NCBI GenBank assembly: GCA_043732185.1
Contig: JAYTHY010000116.1
Span: forward strand, 1 to 22,055
From: Fibrobacteria bacterium
GTDB taxonomy: Bacteria; Fibrobacterota; Fibrobacteria; UBA11236
Length of the DNA stretch: 22,055 nt
Direction of reading: 5' to 3'
The notes beneath the pieces are model-generated. The model was not told the origin of the DNA, searched no databases, and saw only the letters and a list, made by a program, of their open reading frames with translations. A program made the position numbers and the translations under genes. Of the stretch, positions 1 to 9,054 are shown in pieces (position 1 is the first letter of the stretch; each line of letters opens with the position of its first letter).

Positions 1-48
1 AGTTCCATCAGTACGCTGTGTTTTCAAACCGTTAAGGGTAACCTACAA

Positions 49-438
49 GTGACTAAATTGGCTAAAATCACCCACTCGATCGCCCGAAGAGCCATAAAAG
101 TGTTGGGAAATCAGGATTTATCAAAGTCCTATTTTTTCAACATCCGGGGTCAATTACGGAAGTCCGGAAAAATTCCAACATCAGCGGATACCAGTGGGAT
201 TAATGGAATCCTTCCAAAGCGAAACATGCCTCAAGGAAATCCAGGTCTATTCGGAAAACGGATTGAGATCCTGGCTTCGGTGGACGCTTCGGAATTTACT
301 GAAGATTTAAAATCTCATTGGAAGCAAGTGGTGTTGCCCCTCATTCAACGGCTTGTACAGAATGGGGGAGGGGTAACCTTGGCGTTTCTTTCTGATCCCC
401 CAGTCATTGAGGTGAGAAAAGCCGTTTCTAAAGGATAA
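49..438 (+). CDS. hypothetical protein (ORFan, 129 aa)
   Basis: GTG start with AAGGG about 10 nt upstream. Basic N-terminus. No recognised motif. Convergent with the next ORF. Confidence 0.45.
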   Translation: MTKLAKITHSIARRAIKVLGNQDLSKSYFFNIRGQLRKSGKIPTSADTSGINGILPKRNMPQGNPGLFGKRIEILASVDASEFTEDLKSHWKQVVLPLIQRLVQNGGGVTLAFLSDPPVIEVRKAVSKG

Positions 439-446
439 TGTGAGGG

Positions 447-767
447 TTACCTTATGGAGATTACTTCATTGCCTTCGACAATGAATTCCGCTTTGGCTTT
501 CTCGACAGCCTTGGTTAGGGCGTCCTTGTTCATGCCGACTTCGGCGAGCATTTGGACCAGGCAACCCGGACCCATTCCATCATACCCGATATTGAGGTTG
601 TAAAAGTAAACGATCAAATTCTCGAATTCCATGCGGACTTCTGAGCCTGTGGCATTTTCCTTCTTGCCAGCAGAAAGGGTTTTAAAATTTCCTGCGATTG
701 GCTTCAGGAGTCGGAATGCTGCGAGATCGCCTTCAGAGGATTCGCCATTACAAGTCAAATTTACCAT
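447..767 (-). CDS. hypothetical protein (106 aa) with a GYxGxGP motif, possibly phage-related
   Basis: A strong SD (AAAGGGAG) lies 5 nt before the ATG at 767, favouring this start over 818. Contains NLNIGYDGMGPGCLVQML. A candidate -10 box TACAAT lies at 827-832 on the minus strand. Confidence 0.6.
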   Translation of the reverse strand: MVNLTCNGESSEGDLAAFRLLKPIAGNFKTLSAGKKENATGSEVRMEFENLIVYFYNLNIGYDGMGPGCLVQMLAEVGMNKDALTKAVEKAKAEFIVEGNEVISIR

Positions 768-944
768 GTGGTCTCCCTTTTTAGTTTTGGAAAAGGTAGG
801 TAAAGTTTTGGCTGTCATTCGATTCGATTGTACTTCCGGGATTGGAAAAACCTAAGGCAGCATATTGGAGCGCCCACCGGCAATAAACGGTTCCTTTTTT
901 CTCTTCTTAAAATTCGTTTTGGTTGGGTCCATGAAATTATTTCC

Positions 945-1151
945 TCAACCACATGTTGCAGCCAGCGACTCGATACAATTTTTTTCTGATGCCAAAAGCC
1001 AACCTGATTCTTTCCAAAGATATTTATGCGCCTTCACCGCCGCTTTAATATTGCAGGGAGCATTGCGCATTGCGGGGTGTAAATAGAGCTCCCTGCCCTG
1101 GTAATGGAGCGCCTTTATCTCCCTGATTCGGTTGCCTTTTCGAAATGCCAT
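945..1151 (-). CDS. small hypothetical protein (68 aa)
   Basis: ATG start with weak AGG upstream, divergent from thrS. No motif recognised. Confidence 0.35.
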   Translation of the reverse strand: MAFRKGNRIREIKALHYQGRELYLHPAMRNAPCNIKAAVKAHKYLWKESGWLLASEKNCIESLAATCG

Positions 1152-1294
1152 AGAGACCTATTTCGGGACGTGCTCCGGAAGCGTATTAATCCCAGGTTAT
1201 TGTACGGAAATGGGGGGCAAAATGTGGAGCTATTCATTTAAAAGACGTATTGCCAGGCGTTTTTCTATTTTCCCTCGAATTCAGCGAGGTTTTC

Positions 1295-3220
1295 TTGTCT
1301 ACTCTTAAAATCACTCTGCCAGATGGCTCCGTTAAGGAAATTCCCTCAGGAAGCACGGTCTTAGATGCCGTGAAGAGCATTGGGCCCGGCTTAGCCCGTG
1401 TTGCCATTGCTGCTGTGTTTAACGAACAGCAAGTGGATCTTTCTCGCGTATTGACGGAATCCGGTACCCTGCGCGTGCTTACTCCTAAGAATCCAGAATC
1501 CCTGGAAATCGTTCGCCATTCCATGGCGCATCTCATGGCTATGGCTGTAACGGAATTGTATCCGGGAACCATGCTCACCATTGGCCCCATGATCGAAACC
1601 GGTTTCTATTACGATTTCGATTCCAAGCATAAATTCAGCCCGGAAGATTTTCCCGCCATCGAAGCCAAAATGCTCGAGTTGGCCCAAAAAGATTTTCCAG
1701 TGATTCGCTCTGAAATGTCCAGGCAAGACGCCATCGCTTACTACCGCGATCCGGCCCATGCCGAACCGTATAAAGTAGAGATGATGGAAGAGTGGACGGA
1801 TGCCACTGTCAGCTTTTATAAGCAGGGAAATTTTTCCGACTTGTGTCGTGGCCCGCATGTGCCCTCGACTGGTAAACTGCTGTACTGTAAACTGCTTTCC
1901 GTAGCTGGCGCGTATTGGCGTGGAGACGAGAAGCGCGCCATGCTGCAGCGCATTTATGCCACGGCATTTCTGACCAAGGAAGATCTGGAAAAACATTTAT
2001 TCCAATTGGAAGAAGCTAAGAAGCGCGATCATCGGAAGCTGGGAAAAGAGTTGGATTTTTTCCATCTCGAAGAAGGTTCGCCCGGCATGGTGTTCTGGCA
2101 TCCTCGCGGTTGGAGGCTGTATTCCACACTGATGAATTATATTCGCGAGAAATTATCACGTCGCGGCTATCAGGAAGTGCGCACTCCCGAAGTCGTCGAG
2201 AAAAATCTGTATGTACGATCCGGACATGTGGAAAAATACGCCGACCTCATGTTCTTTACGGAAAGCGAAAAACGTGAGTACGTGATCAAGCCCATGAATT
2301 GTCCCTGTCATGTGGAGATTTACAAGCAGGGCATCAAGTCCTTTCGCGACCTGCCCATTCGTCTGTCTGAATTCGGAAAATGCCATCGCAATGAATTGGC
2401 GGGCGTCATGCACGGCCTGATGCGCGTGCGCGGCTTTACACAAGATGATGCGCATATTTTTTGCGCCGTGGATCAAATAGCTGATGAGGTTGCGGACTTC
2501 TGCCGTTTGCTACAAGATGTGTATAAGGATTTCGGTTTCCAGGATATTATCGTCAAACTCGCCGATCGCCCGGCACCAAATAAACGGGTGGGTGCGGATG
2601 AAGTTTGGGACAAGTCAGAGCTTGCTTTAAAGGAAGCGTGCGAACGCGCAAACCTCGACTATGAAATGAATCCCGGCGAAGGCGCTTTCTATGGGCCTAA
2701 ATTGGAGTTCACGCTAAAAGATTCGCTCGGACGGCATTGGCAATGCGGTACTATTCAAGTGGACTTCAATACCGCTGAACGCTTAGGCGCTGATTATGTA
2801 GCCTCGGACGGTTCCAAGCATGCACCAGTCATGTTGCATCGCGCAATTTTCGGATCGTTGGAGCGCTTCATCGGAATTCTCATCGAAAATTTTGCTGGCG
2901 ACTTGCCGCTTTGGATCAATCCGCAGCAGATTCGCATCCTGCCGGTGTCGGAAAAATTCGTTACCCAGGCCCAGGAATTGAGTGAAAAGTTCTTGAATGC
3001 CGGATTTTACTCCGAAGTAGACGAGCGAAATGACAAAATCGGATTTAAAATTCGAGAGGGCGAGCGCGAGAAGGTGCCCTATTTGGTTATTTTAGGCGAT
3101 AAAGAGGTCCAATCCGGAAAAATTGCGCTCCGAAAGCGTAAAACCGGGGATCTGGGTGCTTTTTCCTTAGACGAAGCGCTGGAAAAACTTAAATTAGAGA
3201 TTTTGAATCGGGGAATGTAG
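1295..3220 (+). CDS. thrS: threonine--tRNA ligase
   Basis: N-terminal TGS domain (ITLPDGS), editing motifs HSMAHL and DLCRGPH, then RDHRKLG, KPMNCP, LMRVRGFTQDDAHIF, GAFYGPK and a C-terminal anticodon-binding domain. Start reassigned to TTG at 1295 (SD GAGG at 1286-1289). Confidence 0.98.
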   Translation: MSTLKITLPDGSVKEIPSGSTVLDAVKSIGPGLARVAIAAVFNEQQVDLSRVLTESGTLRVLTPKNPESLEIVRHSMAHLMAMAVTELYPGTMLTIGPMIETGFYYDFDSKHKFSPEDFPAIEAKMLELAQKDFPVIRSEMSRQDAIAYYRDPAHAEPYKVEMMEEWTDATVSFYKQGNFSDLCRGPHVPSTGKLLYCKLLSVAGAYWRGDEKRAMLQRIYATAFLTKEDLEKHLFQLEEAKKRDHRKLGKELDFFHLEEGSPGMVFWHPRGWRLYSTLMNYIREKLSRRGYQEVRTPEVVEKNLYVRSGHVEKYADLMFFTESEKREYVIKPMNCPCHVEIYKQGIKSFRDLPIRLSEFGKCHRNELAGVMHGLMRVRGFTQDDAHIFCAVDQIADEVADFCRLLQDVYKDFGFQDIIVKLADRPAPNKRVGADEVWDKSELALKEACERANLDYEMNPGEGAFYGPKLEFTLKDSLGRHWQCGTIQVDFNTAERLGADYVASDGSKHAPVMLHRAIFGSLERFIGILIENFAGDLPLWINPQQIRILPVSEKFVTQAQELSEKFLNAGFYSEVDERNDKIGFKIREGEREKVPYLVILGDKEVQSGKIALRKRKTGDLGAFSLDEALEKLKLEILNRGM

Positions 3221-3264
3221 TCCCCGTCGGGGTAATAAAGCCCCTGACTCATGAAAGGCAGAGA

Positions 3265-3960
3265 TTGCAGCGAAGACCCTTTTTTAGTGCCCCCAAAGAA
3301 ACCATCCGCATTAACGAACATATCCGCACATACGAGGTGCGTGTCATCGACGCCGATGGAAAGCAATTGGGTGTGCTTACCGTACCCGCCGCCATGGAAA
3401 GGGCGAAGGAAAGACAGCTAGACCTGGTAGAAGTATCGCCAACTGCCCAGCCGCCCGTGTGTCGTATCATGGATTTCGGCAAGTATAAGTACGAAATCTC
3501 TAAAAAAGCCAAAGCCTCCAAGGCCAAGCAGCATATCATCAAAGTCAAAGAGATCAAGTTCCATCCCAAAACGGGAGAAAATGACTATAATTACCGCCTC
3601 GTTCAGGCGAAAGAATTCCTGGACAAAGGTTTCAAGGTCAAGGCTACGGTGGTATTCCGTGGTCGAGAAATGGCCCACATGGAGTTTGGTTCCAGGTGGC
3701 TGAAGAAAATGACCGTGGATTTGGTCGGTATAGGATTGGCGGAAACGGGCTCCATTCAAGAGGGCCGAAACGTGACCACCATTTTTGCACCGGTCAAGCA
3801 CCATGTGCCTGCTGTCGTTAAGCCTAAAGCTCCCGGTGAGCCGAAAGCGGCGAAGTCGGCGGATGGAGCAACAGTGGAGTTGGAAGTCCAGTCTCCGGAG
3901 GCAATCGCGCCAGTTCGCGATCAAGCATCCGAGACCACTGCCGATTCAGTGCAACCCTGA
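3265..3960 (+). CDS. infC: translation initiation factor IF-3 with C-terminal low-complexity extension
   Basis: [51 protein letters not shown]. Non-AUG (TTG) start with SD AAGG. Canonical position after thrS. Confidence 0.97.
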   Translation: MQRRPFFSAPKETIRINEHIRTYEVRVIDADGKQLGVLTVPAAMERAKERQLDLVEVSPTAQPPVCRIMDFGKYKYEISKKAKASKAKQHIIKVKEIKFHPKTGENDYNYRLVQAKEFLDKGFKVKATVVFRGREMAHMEFGSRWLKKMTVDLVGIGLAETGSIQEGRNVTTIFAPVKHHVPAVVKPKAPGEPKAAKSADGATVELEVQSPEAIAPVRDQASETTADSVQP

Positions 3961-3982
3961 AAGTGATGAGAAGGAGTATATC

Positions 3983-4183
3983 GTGCCGAAGATGAAAACC
4001 CATAGCGGAGCCAAGAAGCGATTCAAGCTCACAGCCAATGGAAAAGTTAAGCGCAAGAGCGCCAACAAGAATCATATCAATGCAAAATTGACTCCGCAGC
4101 GCCGTCGCCGTTTGGGAAAATCTGCATACGTACACAAGTCGGACGAAGCCCGCATTAAGCGGATGCTTGGCGTCGGCGGCTAA
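3983..4183 (+). CDS. rpmI: 50S ribosomal protein L35
   Basis: GTG at 3983 gives [32 protein letters not shown] at 3971-3976. The ORF-track start at 3785 is a spurious extension overlapping infC. Confidence 0.97.
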   Translation: MPKMKTHSGAKKRFKLTANGKVKRKSANKNHINAKLTPQRRRRLGKSAYVHKSDEARIKRMLGVGG

Positions 4184-4215
4184 CACTACCATAGTCTAGG
4201 TTATAGGAGAGAGAA

Positions 4216-4587
4216 ATGCCCAGAGCAACACACCGCGTTCCATCCCGTGCGCGTCGCAAGAAAATACTTAAAGAAGCCCGTGGATTTTATGGCCGTAAAA
4301 AGTCGAACTTAAAACTCGCCAAAGAGGCTGTGGATAAGGCTCGCGTTTTTGCAACCATCCATCGTCTGGACAAGAAGGCGGCCTTCCGTTCGCTCTGGAC
4401 CGTGCGCATCAATGCCGCGGCTCGCGAACTTGGAACCACCTACTCCCGTCTAATCGCAGCTCTCAAAAAAGCCGGAATCAACTTGGATCGAAAAATCCTC
4501 GCTGACTTGGCCCTGTCCGATTCCAATGCCTTTGCCAAGGTGGTCGAAGCCACTGGGCTGCTTAAGTTGGCCTCCAAGGCCGCTTAG
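4216..4587 (+). CDS. rplT: 50S ribosomal protein L20
   Basis: [60 protein letters not shown]. Confidence 0.98.
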   Translation: MPRATHRVPSRARRKKILKEARGFYGRKKSNLKLAKEAVDKARVFATIHRLDKKAAFRSLWTVRINAAARELGTTYSRLIAALKKAGINLDRKILADLALSDSNAFAKVVEATGLLKLASKAA

Positions 4588-4628
4588 GTCCGCAAATCCA
4601 ATAGGATTGCGATTTCTGCCGAGTATGT

Positions 4629-4666
4629 AGCAAGCGCCGTCTCCCAGGGACGGCGTTTTGCTTTTT
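4629..4666 (+). terminator. Rho-independent terminator after rplT
   Basis: Stem GCGCCGTCTC-CCA-GGGACGGCGT, extendable by AGCAA/TTGCT, followed by a T-rich tract. Confidence 0.8.
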
Positions 4667-4711
4667 CGCTATATTTCCTCAAGCCACTTTTTCACTGGAT
4701 GCTGTACTTCC

Positions 4712-5791
4712 ATGCAAGCTATTGAAACCATTCGAACCCAATTCGAGCAGGACTTGAACGTATTGGAAAGCCTTTTGGCCAGCACAGGCGGGGCTGGGGA
4801 AGAGTTGGTTTCATTACTGCGTTCATTTGAAGATTTAAAGGTGCGCTACGTTGGAAAGAAGGGTGATATTTCCGGACTGCTGCGCTCCATGGGCACATTG
4901 GCCCCGGAAGCTCGGCCGGAATTCGGCAAGTTGGTTAATGAGCTGCGGGACTTTGCGGAAGCACGGTTCGCGGTTCTGCAAAGCCGCATCGATGAAGCCA
5001 AGATTGAAAGCAGTTTAACGGGTGGACATGCCGATCCCACTTTGCCTGGAACGCGCATGCCCATTGGAAGCCTGCATCCCATGACGCAGGTGCGCGAAGA
5101 CATCCTGCTTTTTTTCCAAGGACTGGGATTCGAATTGGCATTGGCACCTGAAGTGGACAATGACTGGTATAATTTCGAAGCCTTGAATATTCCGCCTGAC
5201 CATCCTTCCCGTGACATGCATGATACCTTCTATGTGGACGATCAGGTGGTGCTGCGCACGCACACCTCTAATGTTCAAGTGCATTACATGGAAACCCATC
5301 CGAATCAGCCTATTCGCATCATTGCCCCCGGCTTCGTGTACCGCGTCGACAATGACGCCACACATTCTCCCATGTTTCAGCAAGTTGAGTGCCTGGTGGT
5401 GGATAAGGATATTTCCTTTGCGCATTTGAAAGGGACCTTGTTTTTATGGGCCCAGCATATGTTTGGATCCGAGGCCACGCTGCGATTTCGTCCCAGTTAT
5501 TTTCCCTTTACGGAACCGTCGGCGGAAATGGATGTATCCTGTATTTTCTGCCAGGTTACGCATGGCCAACCTGGCACAGGCTGCCGCGTGTGCAAACATT
5601 CGGGTTGGATTGAAATCGGTGGTTGCGGAAGTGTTGATCCGGCGGTTTTCCAGAAGGTGGGATGGGATCCGGAAGTCTATACCGGCTTTGCCTTTGGATT
5701 CGGAATCGATCGTATCACCATGCTCAAGTATGGAATTCCCGACATCAGTTATTTGACCAAGAATGACAACCGCTTCTTGAAACAGTTTTAG
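4712..5791 (+). CDS. pheS: phenylalanine--tRNA ligase alpha subunit
   Basis: GSLHP, NFEALNIP.DHPSRDMHDTFY, LRTHTS, DATHSPMF.Q.E, RFRPSYFPFTEPSAE, GFAFGFGIDR. Has a CxxC...CxxC insert. The ATG at 4712 is preferred over the TTG at 4658, which lies inside the terminator. Confidence 0.97.
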   Translation: MQAIETIRTQFEQDLNVLESLLASTGGAGEELVSLLRSFEDLKVRYVGKKGDISGLLRSMGTLAPEARPEFGKLVNELRDFAEARFAVLQSRIDEAKIESSLTGGHADPTLPGTRMPIGSLHPMTQVREDILLFFQGLGFELALAPEVDNDWYNFEALNIPPDHPSRDMHDTFYVDDQVVLRTHTSNVQVHYMETHPNQPIRIIAPGFVYRVDNDATHSPMFQQVECLVVDKDISFAHLKGTLFLWAQHMFGSEATLRFRPSYFPFTEPSAEMDVSCIFCQVTHGQPGTGCRVCKHSGWIEIGGCGSVDPAVFQKVGWDPEVYTGFAFGFGIDRITMLKYGIPDISYLTKNDNRFLKQF

Positions 5792-5799
5792 GAAAAAAG

Positions 5800-8382
5800 A
5801 TGGAAGTCAGTCTCAATTGGATTCGTAAGTATGTCGATCTAGCAGGTGTGTCAGCTGCATCTGGTCTTTCACAAGGCGACTTGGGAAGCGATGTACAGGC
5901 GCTTTCCCATGCGCTCACCTCGTTGGGTTTTGAAGTGGAAGGCATCCGCACCCAAGGGGCCGGAATCGCAAATGTTGTTGCCGCGGAAGTTTTGGAATGC
6001 GGTCGGCATCCGGAAGCGGACTCACTTTCCATTTGCCAAGTGACCGATGGAACCACCACTTTTCCTGTTGTCTGTGGCGCGCCTAATGTGGCCAAAGGAC
6101 AAAAGGTGATGTTGGCCAGGGTTGGAGCCGAATTGCCCAGTGATGAAGCTGGCAAACCTGGAATTAAAATTAAAAAAGCCAAATTGCGCGGCCAGGAATC
6201 ACACGGCATGCTGTGTTCCGTCCGGGAATTGGGGCTGGGCGAGGGTCATGACGGAATTCTGATCCTGGATGCCTCTGTGCCGCTCGGAACCGAACTGAAA
6301 AACATTCCTGATCTGTGCGATACGGTTTTTGAGATCAATGTCACTCCCAATCGGCCTGACGCGCTATGCCATATTGGGATTGCCCGGGAGCTCGCCGCGA
6401 AGTTTGGGAAACCGCTCTGTTACCCTAAATTGGAACTCCTGGAAACAGGTCCCGATGCTTCCAGCTTGGCTGAGGTTCGCCTTGAAGAGGAAGACGGATG
6501 CACTCAGTATGTGGGCCGAATCATTCAAGGAGTCAAGATAGGACCCAGCCCGGAGTGGCTTGTCAAGGCATTGCATTCCCTGGGCAAACGCAGCATCAAC
6601 AATGTGGTTGACCTCACCAATTATGTTCTCCTTGAACTCGGCCAACCCTCCCATGCCTTCGACCTCGATAAAATTTCGGGAAACCAGGTGCACATCCGGC
6701 GGGCGAAAGCGGGAGAAAAACTGGTCACTCTGGATGGCGTGGAGCGTAGCCTTACAGCCGAAGACATGCTCATTGCCGATGTACAAGGGCCTATGGTGCT
6801 GGCGGGTGTCATGGGCGGAAAACGCACCGAGGTGGATGCGGAGACTGCAAATATTTTCCTGGAAGTGGCTTATTTCAATCCTGCCGTGGTTCGCCGCCAG
6901 GCCCGCCGCCACGGCCTTTCCAGCGATTCCTCCTACCGATTTGAACGCGGTGTCGATCCATTAAACACAGTTTGGGTAAGCGATTACCTGGCGGGTTTAA
7001 TCGCCCGCTGGTGTGGTGGCCGAGTTGCTAAGGGTGCTATCCTTAAAACGGCCAAAGCCCACCTCACTTCACCGCGGCTGGTTTCCTTACGACCCAGTCG
7101 CGCGCAAAAAATCCTGGGCATGCCTGTGACAGGGCAAGATGCCTTGAACCGCTTACAAGCCATCGGTTTGGAAAGCCGTGGATCCGCAAGTGTCCACAAC
7201 GAAAGCGCCATTTCTTTTGCGATTCCCGGTTTCCGCGGAGACTTGGAGCGAGAAGCAGATCTCATTGAGGAGGTCGCGCGCCTTGGCGATTACAATTCCA
7301 TTCCGTCCGTTTTGCCTTTATTGCCATTGGGCTTTGCCGCACTTCCAGCCAATGAAAACTTGGCTAAAACGCTTCGTCATTTTCTCCGTGATGCTGGGCT
7401 CAATGAAACCCTGAACCTCCGTTTCTCCTCGCGCAAAGCCCTGGCCAAGCTGGGTTTGGCTCCGGCCGATTCCCGCCAGATGGTGGTACCGTTGCGCAAC
7501 CCCATCAGCGAGGAATGGGAGATTTTGCCCACGACGACTTTGCCCGCCATGTTACAGGCGGTTGTGTACAACCAAAACAACCAGGAACGGGATTGCCGTT
7601 TTTTTGAAATCGCCAAAGCGTTCTATCATCATCCAGAAGAGCAGTCCAATCGCGCGCCCGGTATTTGGGAAGAGGAGTTTCTGTATATCGTACTCAGTGG
7701 TCAATGGCCGGATCGTCGACCTTGGACTTTGGACTCCGATACTGCAACGGAACCGGCACCCGTTGAGTTTGCGCATCTTAAAGGCTTGCTCGAAAACATT
7801 TTCGGTGCTACTGGTGTGCAGGCGAATTTTGAATGTTCGTCTTCAGAAACCTATTTGCATCCGACCGAATCCGGTGCTATTGTTGCCCATCTAGGGCAAG
7901 CGCCTTTAGGGGCGGGAATACTGCAAGGGTGGCGTCGCAATGCGGGATCACAAAAATCGGCGCGTATCGGAAGCTTCGGTATTCTACATCCCCGGGTGCA
8001 AGGCCGCTTTGATTTAAAAGGCACCGTTCTGGTAGCGGAAATATCCTTATCTGGACTGCTCGCGGCGGAACGTCGGTCGTTTAAATTTTCGCCCATTGGA
8101 CAATTCTCCGGCACGTCTCGGGATTTAAACCTGGTCGTTGAAAATTCCAGAACACATGGAGAAATCCTGGCCAAAATGCCTATTGGTCGGATTGCCAATC
8201 TCCAAGAAGTGCGACTCAATAGTGTGTATCGCGGGTCGGGAATACCGGATGGAAAAAAAGCCCTACATTACAGCTTTATCTACCGACATAAGGAAAAAAC
8301 CCTGACTGATGAAGAAGTGAATAAGGCTCAGGAACGGCTCAATCAAGAATTGGCCAAGGACACCGGAATACTTTTCAAATGA
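5800..8382 (+). CDS. pheT: phenylalanine--tRNA ligase beta subunit
   Basis: tRNA-binding OB fold (HPEADSL, VVCGAPN, LRGQESHGMLCS), TPNRPD, INNVVDLTNYVLLELGQP.HAFD, SSYRFERGVD, DLEREADLIEEVAR and a C-terminal FDX-ACB domain (KTLTDEEVN). Confidence 0.98.
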   Translation: MEVSLNWIRKYVDLAGVSAASGLSQGDLGSDVQALSHALTSLGFEVEGIRTQGAGIANVVAAEVLECGRHPEADSLSICQVTDGTTTFPVVCGAPNVAKGQKVMLARVGAELPSDEAGKPGIKIKKAKLRGQESHGMLCSVRELGLGEGHDGILILDASVPLGTELKNIPDLCDTVFEINVTPNRPDALCHIGIARELAAKFGKPLCYPKLELLETGPDASSLAEVRLEEEDGCTQYVGRIIQGVKIGPSPEWLVKALHSLGKRSINNVVDLTNYVLLELGQPSHAFDLDKISGNQVHIRRAKAGEKLVTLDGVERSLTAEDMLIADVQGPMVLAGVMGGKRTEVDAETANIFLEVAYFNPAVVRRQARRHGLSSDSSYRFERGVDPLNTVWVSDYLAGLIARWCGGRVAKGAILKTAKAHLTSPRLVSLRPSRAQKILGMPVTGQDALNRLQAIGLESRGSASVHNESAISFAIPGFRGDLEREADLIEEVARLGDYNSIPSVLPLLPLGFAALPANENLAKTLRHFLRDAGLNETLNLRFSSRKALAKLGLAPADSRQMVVPLRNPISEEWEILPTTTLPAMLQAVVYNQNNQERDCRFFEIAKAFYHHPEEQSNRAPGIWEEEFLYIVLSGQWPDRRPWTLDSDTATEPAPVEFAHLKGLLENIFGATGVQANFECSSSETYLHPTESGAIVAHLGQAPLGAGILQGWRRNAGSQKSARIGSFGILHPRVQGRFDLKGTVLVAEISLSGLLAAERRSFKFSPIGQFSGTSRDLNLVVENSRTHGEILAKMPIGRIANLQEVRLNSVYRGSGIPDGKKALHYSFIYRHKEKTLTDEEVNKAQERLNQELAKDTGILFK

Positions 8383-8432
8383 ACATCTAGCATTCTCAGC
8401 GCCATTATAAAGCACCAAAAAAAGGAGATAAA

Positions 8433-8699
8433 ATGGATTTCAGTCAATTTGACGCACTCGCGAAAAAGGTCGAAAGCGCTCTGGCCATCATCGAGGACTT
8501 AAAGCGAGAAAGGGAAGGCATCCGGACGGAATTGCATATTTCCCTGGAAAAAGCCGGGAATCTGGAAAAGCAGTTGCTGCAAAAAGATGAAGAGTTGGAA
8601 GCGATTCGCCACGAGCTGAACAGCAAATCCGACAATATCAACTTGGTGGGTGAGCGCATCCGGGACATGGTCTCCCGTCTCGATACTGCTCTGGCTTGA
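8433..8699 (+). CDS. ZapB-like coiled-coil cell division protein
   Basis: 88-aa continuous heptad coiled coil (LAKKVESALAIIEDLKRE...RIRDMVSRL), SD AAGGAG, immediately upstream of zapA. Confidence 0.7.
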   Translation: MDFSQFDALAKKVESALAIIEDLKREREGIRTELHISLEKAGNLEKQLLQKDEELEAIRHELNSKSDNINLVGERIRDMVSRLDTALA

Positions 8700-8754
8700 T
8701 TTTTCCGGTAGTGGGCTGGTTTGGCCGCGATTTCTGGTGGTATATTAGGAAAAT

Positions 8755-9054
8755 ATGGACAATTCCTACAAGGTGAACATTTGCGGTGAGACTTTCCAGG
8801 TCAAATCCGATCAATCCCCGCAGACCATGGAGCGATTGGCCGGATATTTGGATTTTAAAATCAAGGAAATGGGAAAAGGCGCCATCAATGTGGACAAGTT
8901 CCGAATGACGGTTCTGGCCGCATTGAATTTAACCGGCGAACTTTTTGAACTCAAGTCCAAGATGGAAGAGTACGATAAACAATCCATTCGGATTCAGGAG
9001 AAAGCGAGGTCCTTGAGCGCCAGTTTGGATCGGGCCATTGACCCGTCGAATTAG
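8755..9054 (+). CDS. zapA: cell division protein ZapA
   Basis: V.I.G..F.V, ..LA.YLD.K..E and VLAALNL..ELF motifs with a C-terminal coiled coil. Typical position between pheT and 6S RNA. Confidence 0.9.
   Translation: MDNSYKVNICGETFQVKSDQSPQTMERLAGYLDFKIKEMGKGAINVDKFRMTVLAALNLTGELFELKSKMEEYDKQSIRIQEKARSLSASLDRAIDPSN

Noticed and set aside
34..453. Three GGGTWACCT motifs (near 36, 371 and 444) as possible repeats or att sites
   Set aside because: Short, irregularly spaced, one lies inside a coding frame, and there is no recombinase nearby, so chance cannot be excluded.
1273..1289. 5-bp stem with 7-nt loop (CCTCG-AATTCAG-CGAGG) covering the thrS SD, considered as a tRNA-Thr anticodon mimic like the E. 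coli thrS operator
   Set aside because: The loop centre reads UUC rather than a Thr NGU anticodon, and the candidate -10 box at 1266 would place the 5' arm outside the transcript.
3249..3569. Minus-strand 106-aa ORF opposite infC, and the many other ORFs antisense to or nested in thrS, pheS/T, folD, dxs and others
   Set aside because: Shadow ORFs fully overlapping well-supported genes, with no motifs or SD sequences.
4588..4711. pheM-type Phe leader peptide/attenuator or T-box before pheS
   Set aside because: No Phe-rich leader ORF upstream of the hairpin and no T-box consensus. The hairpin is explained as the rplT terminator.
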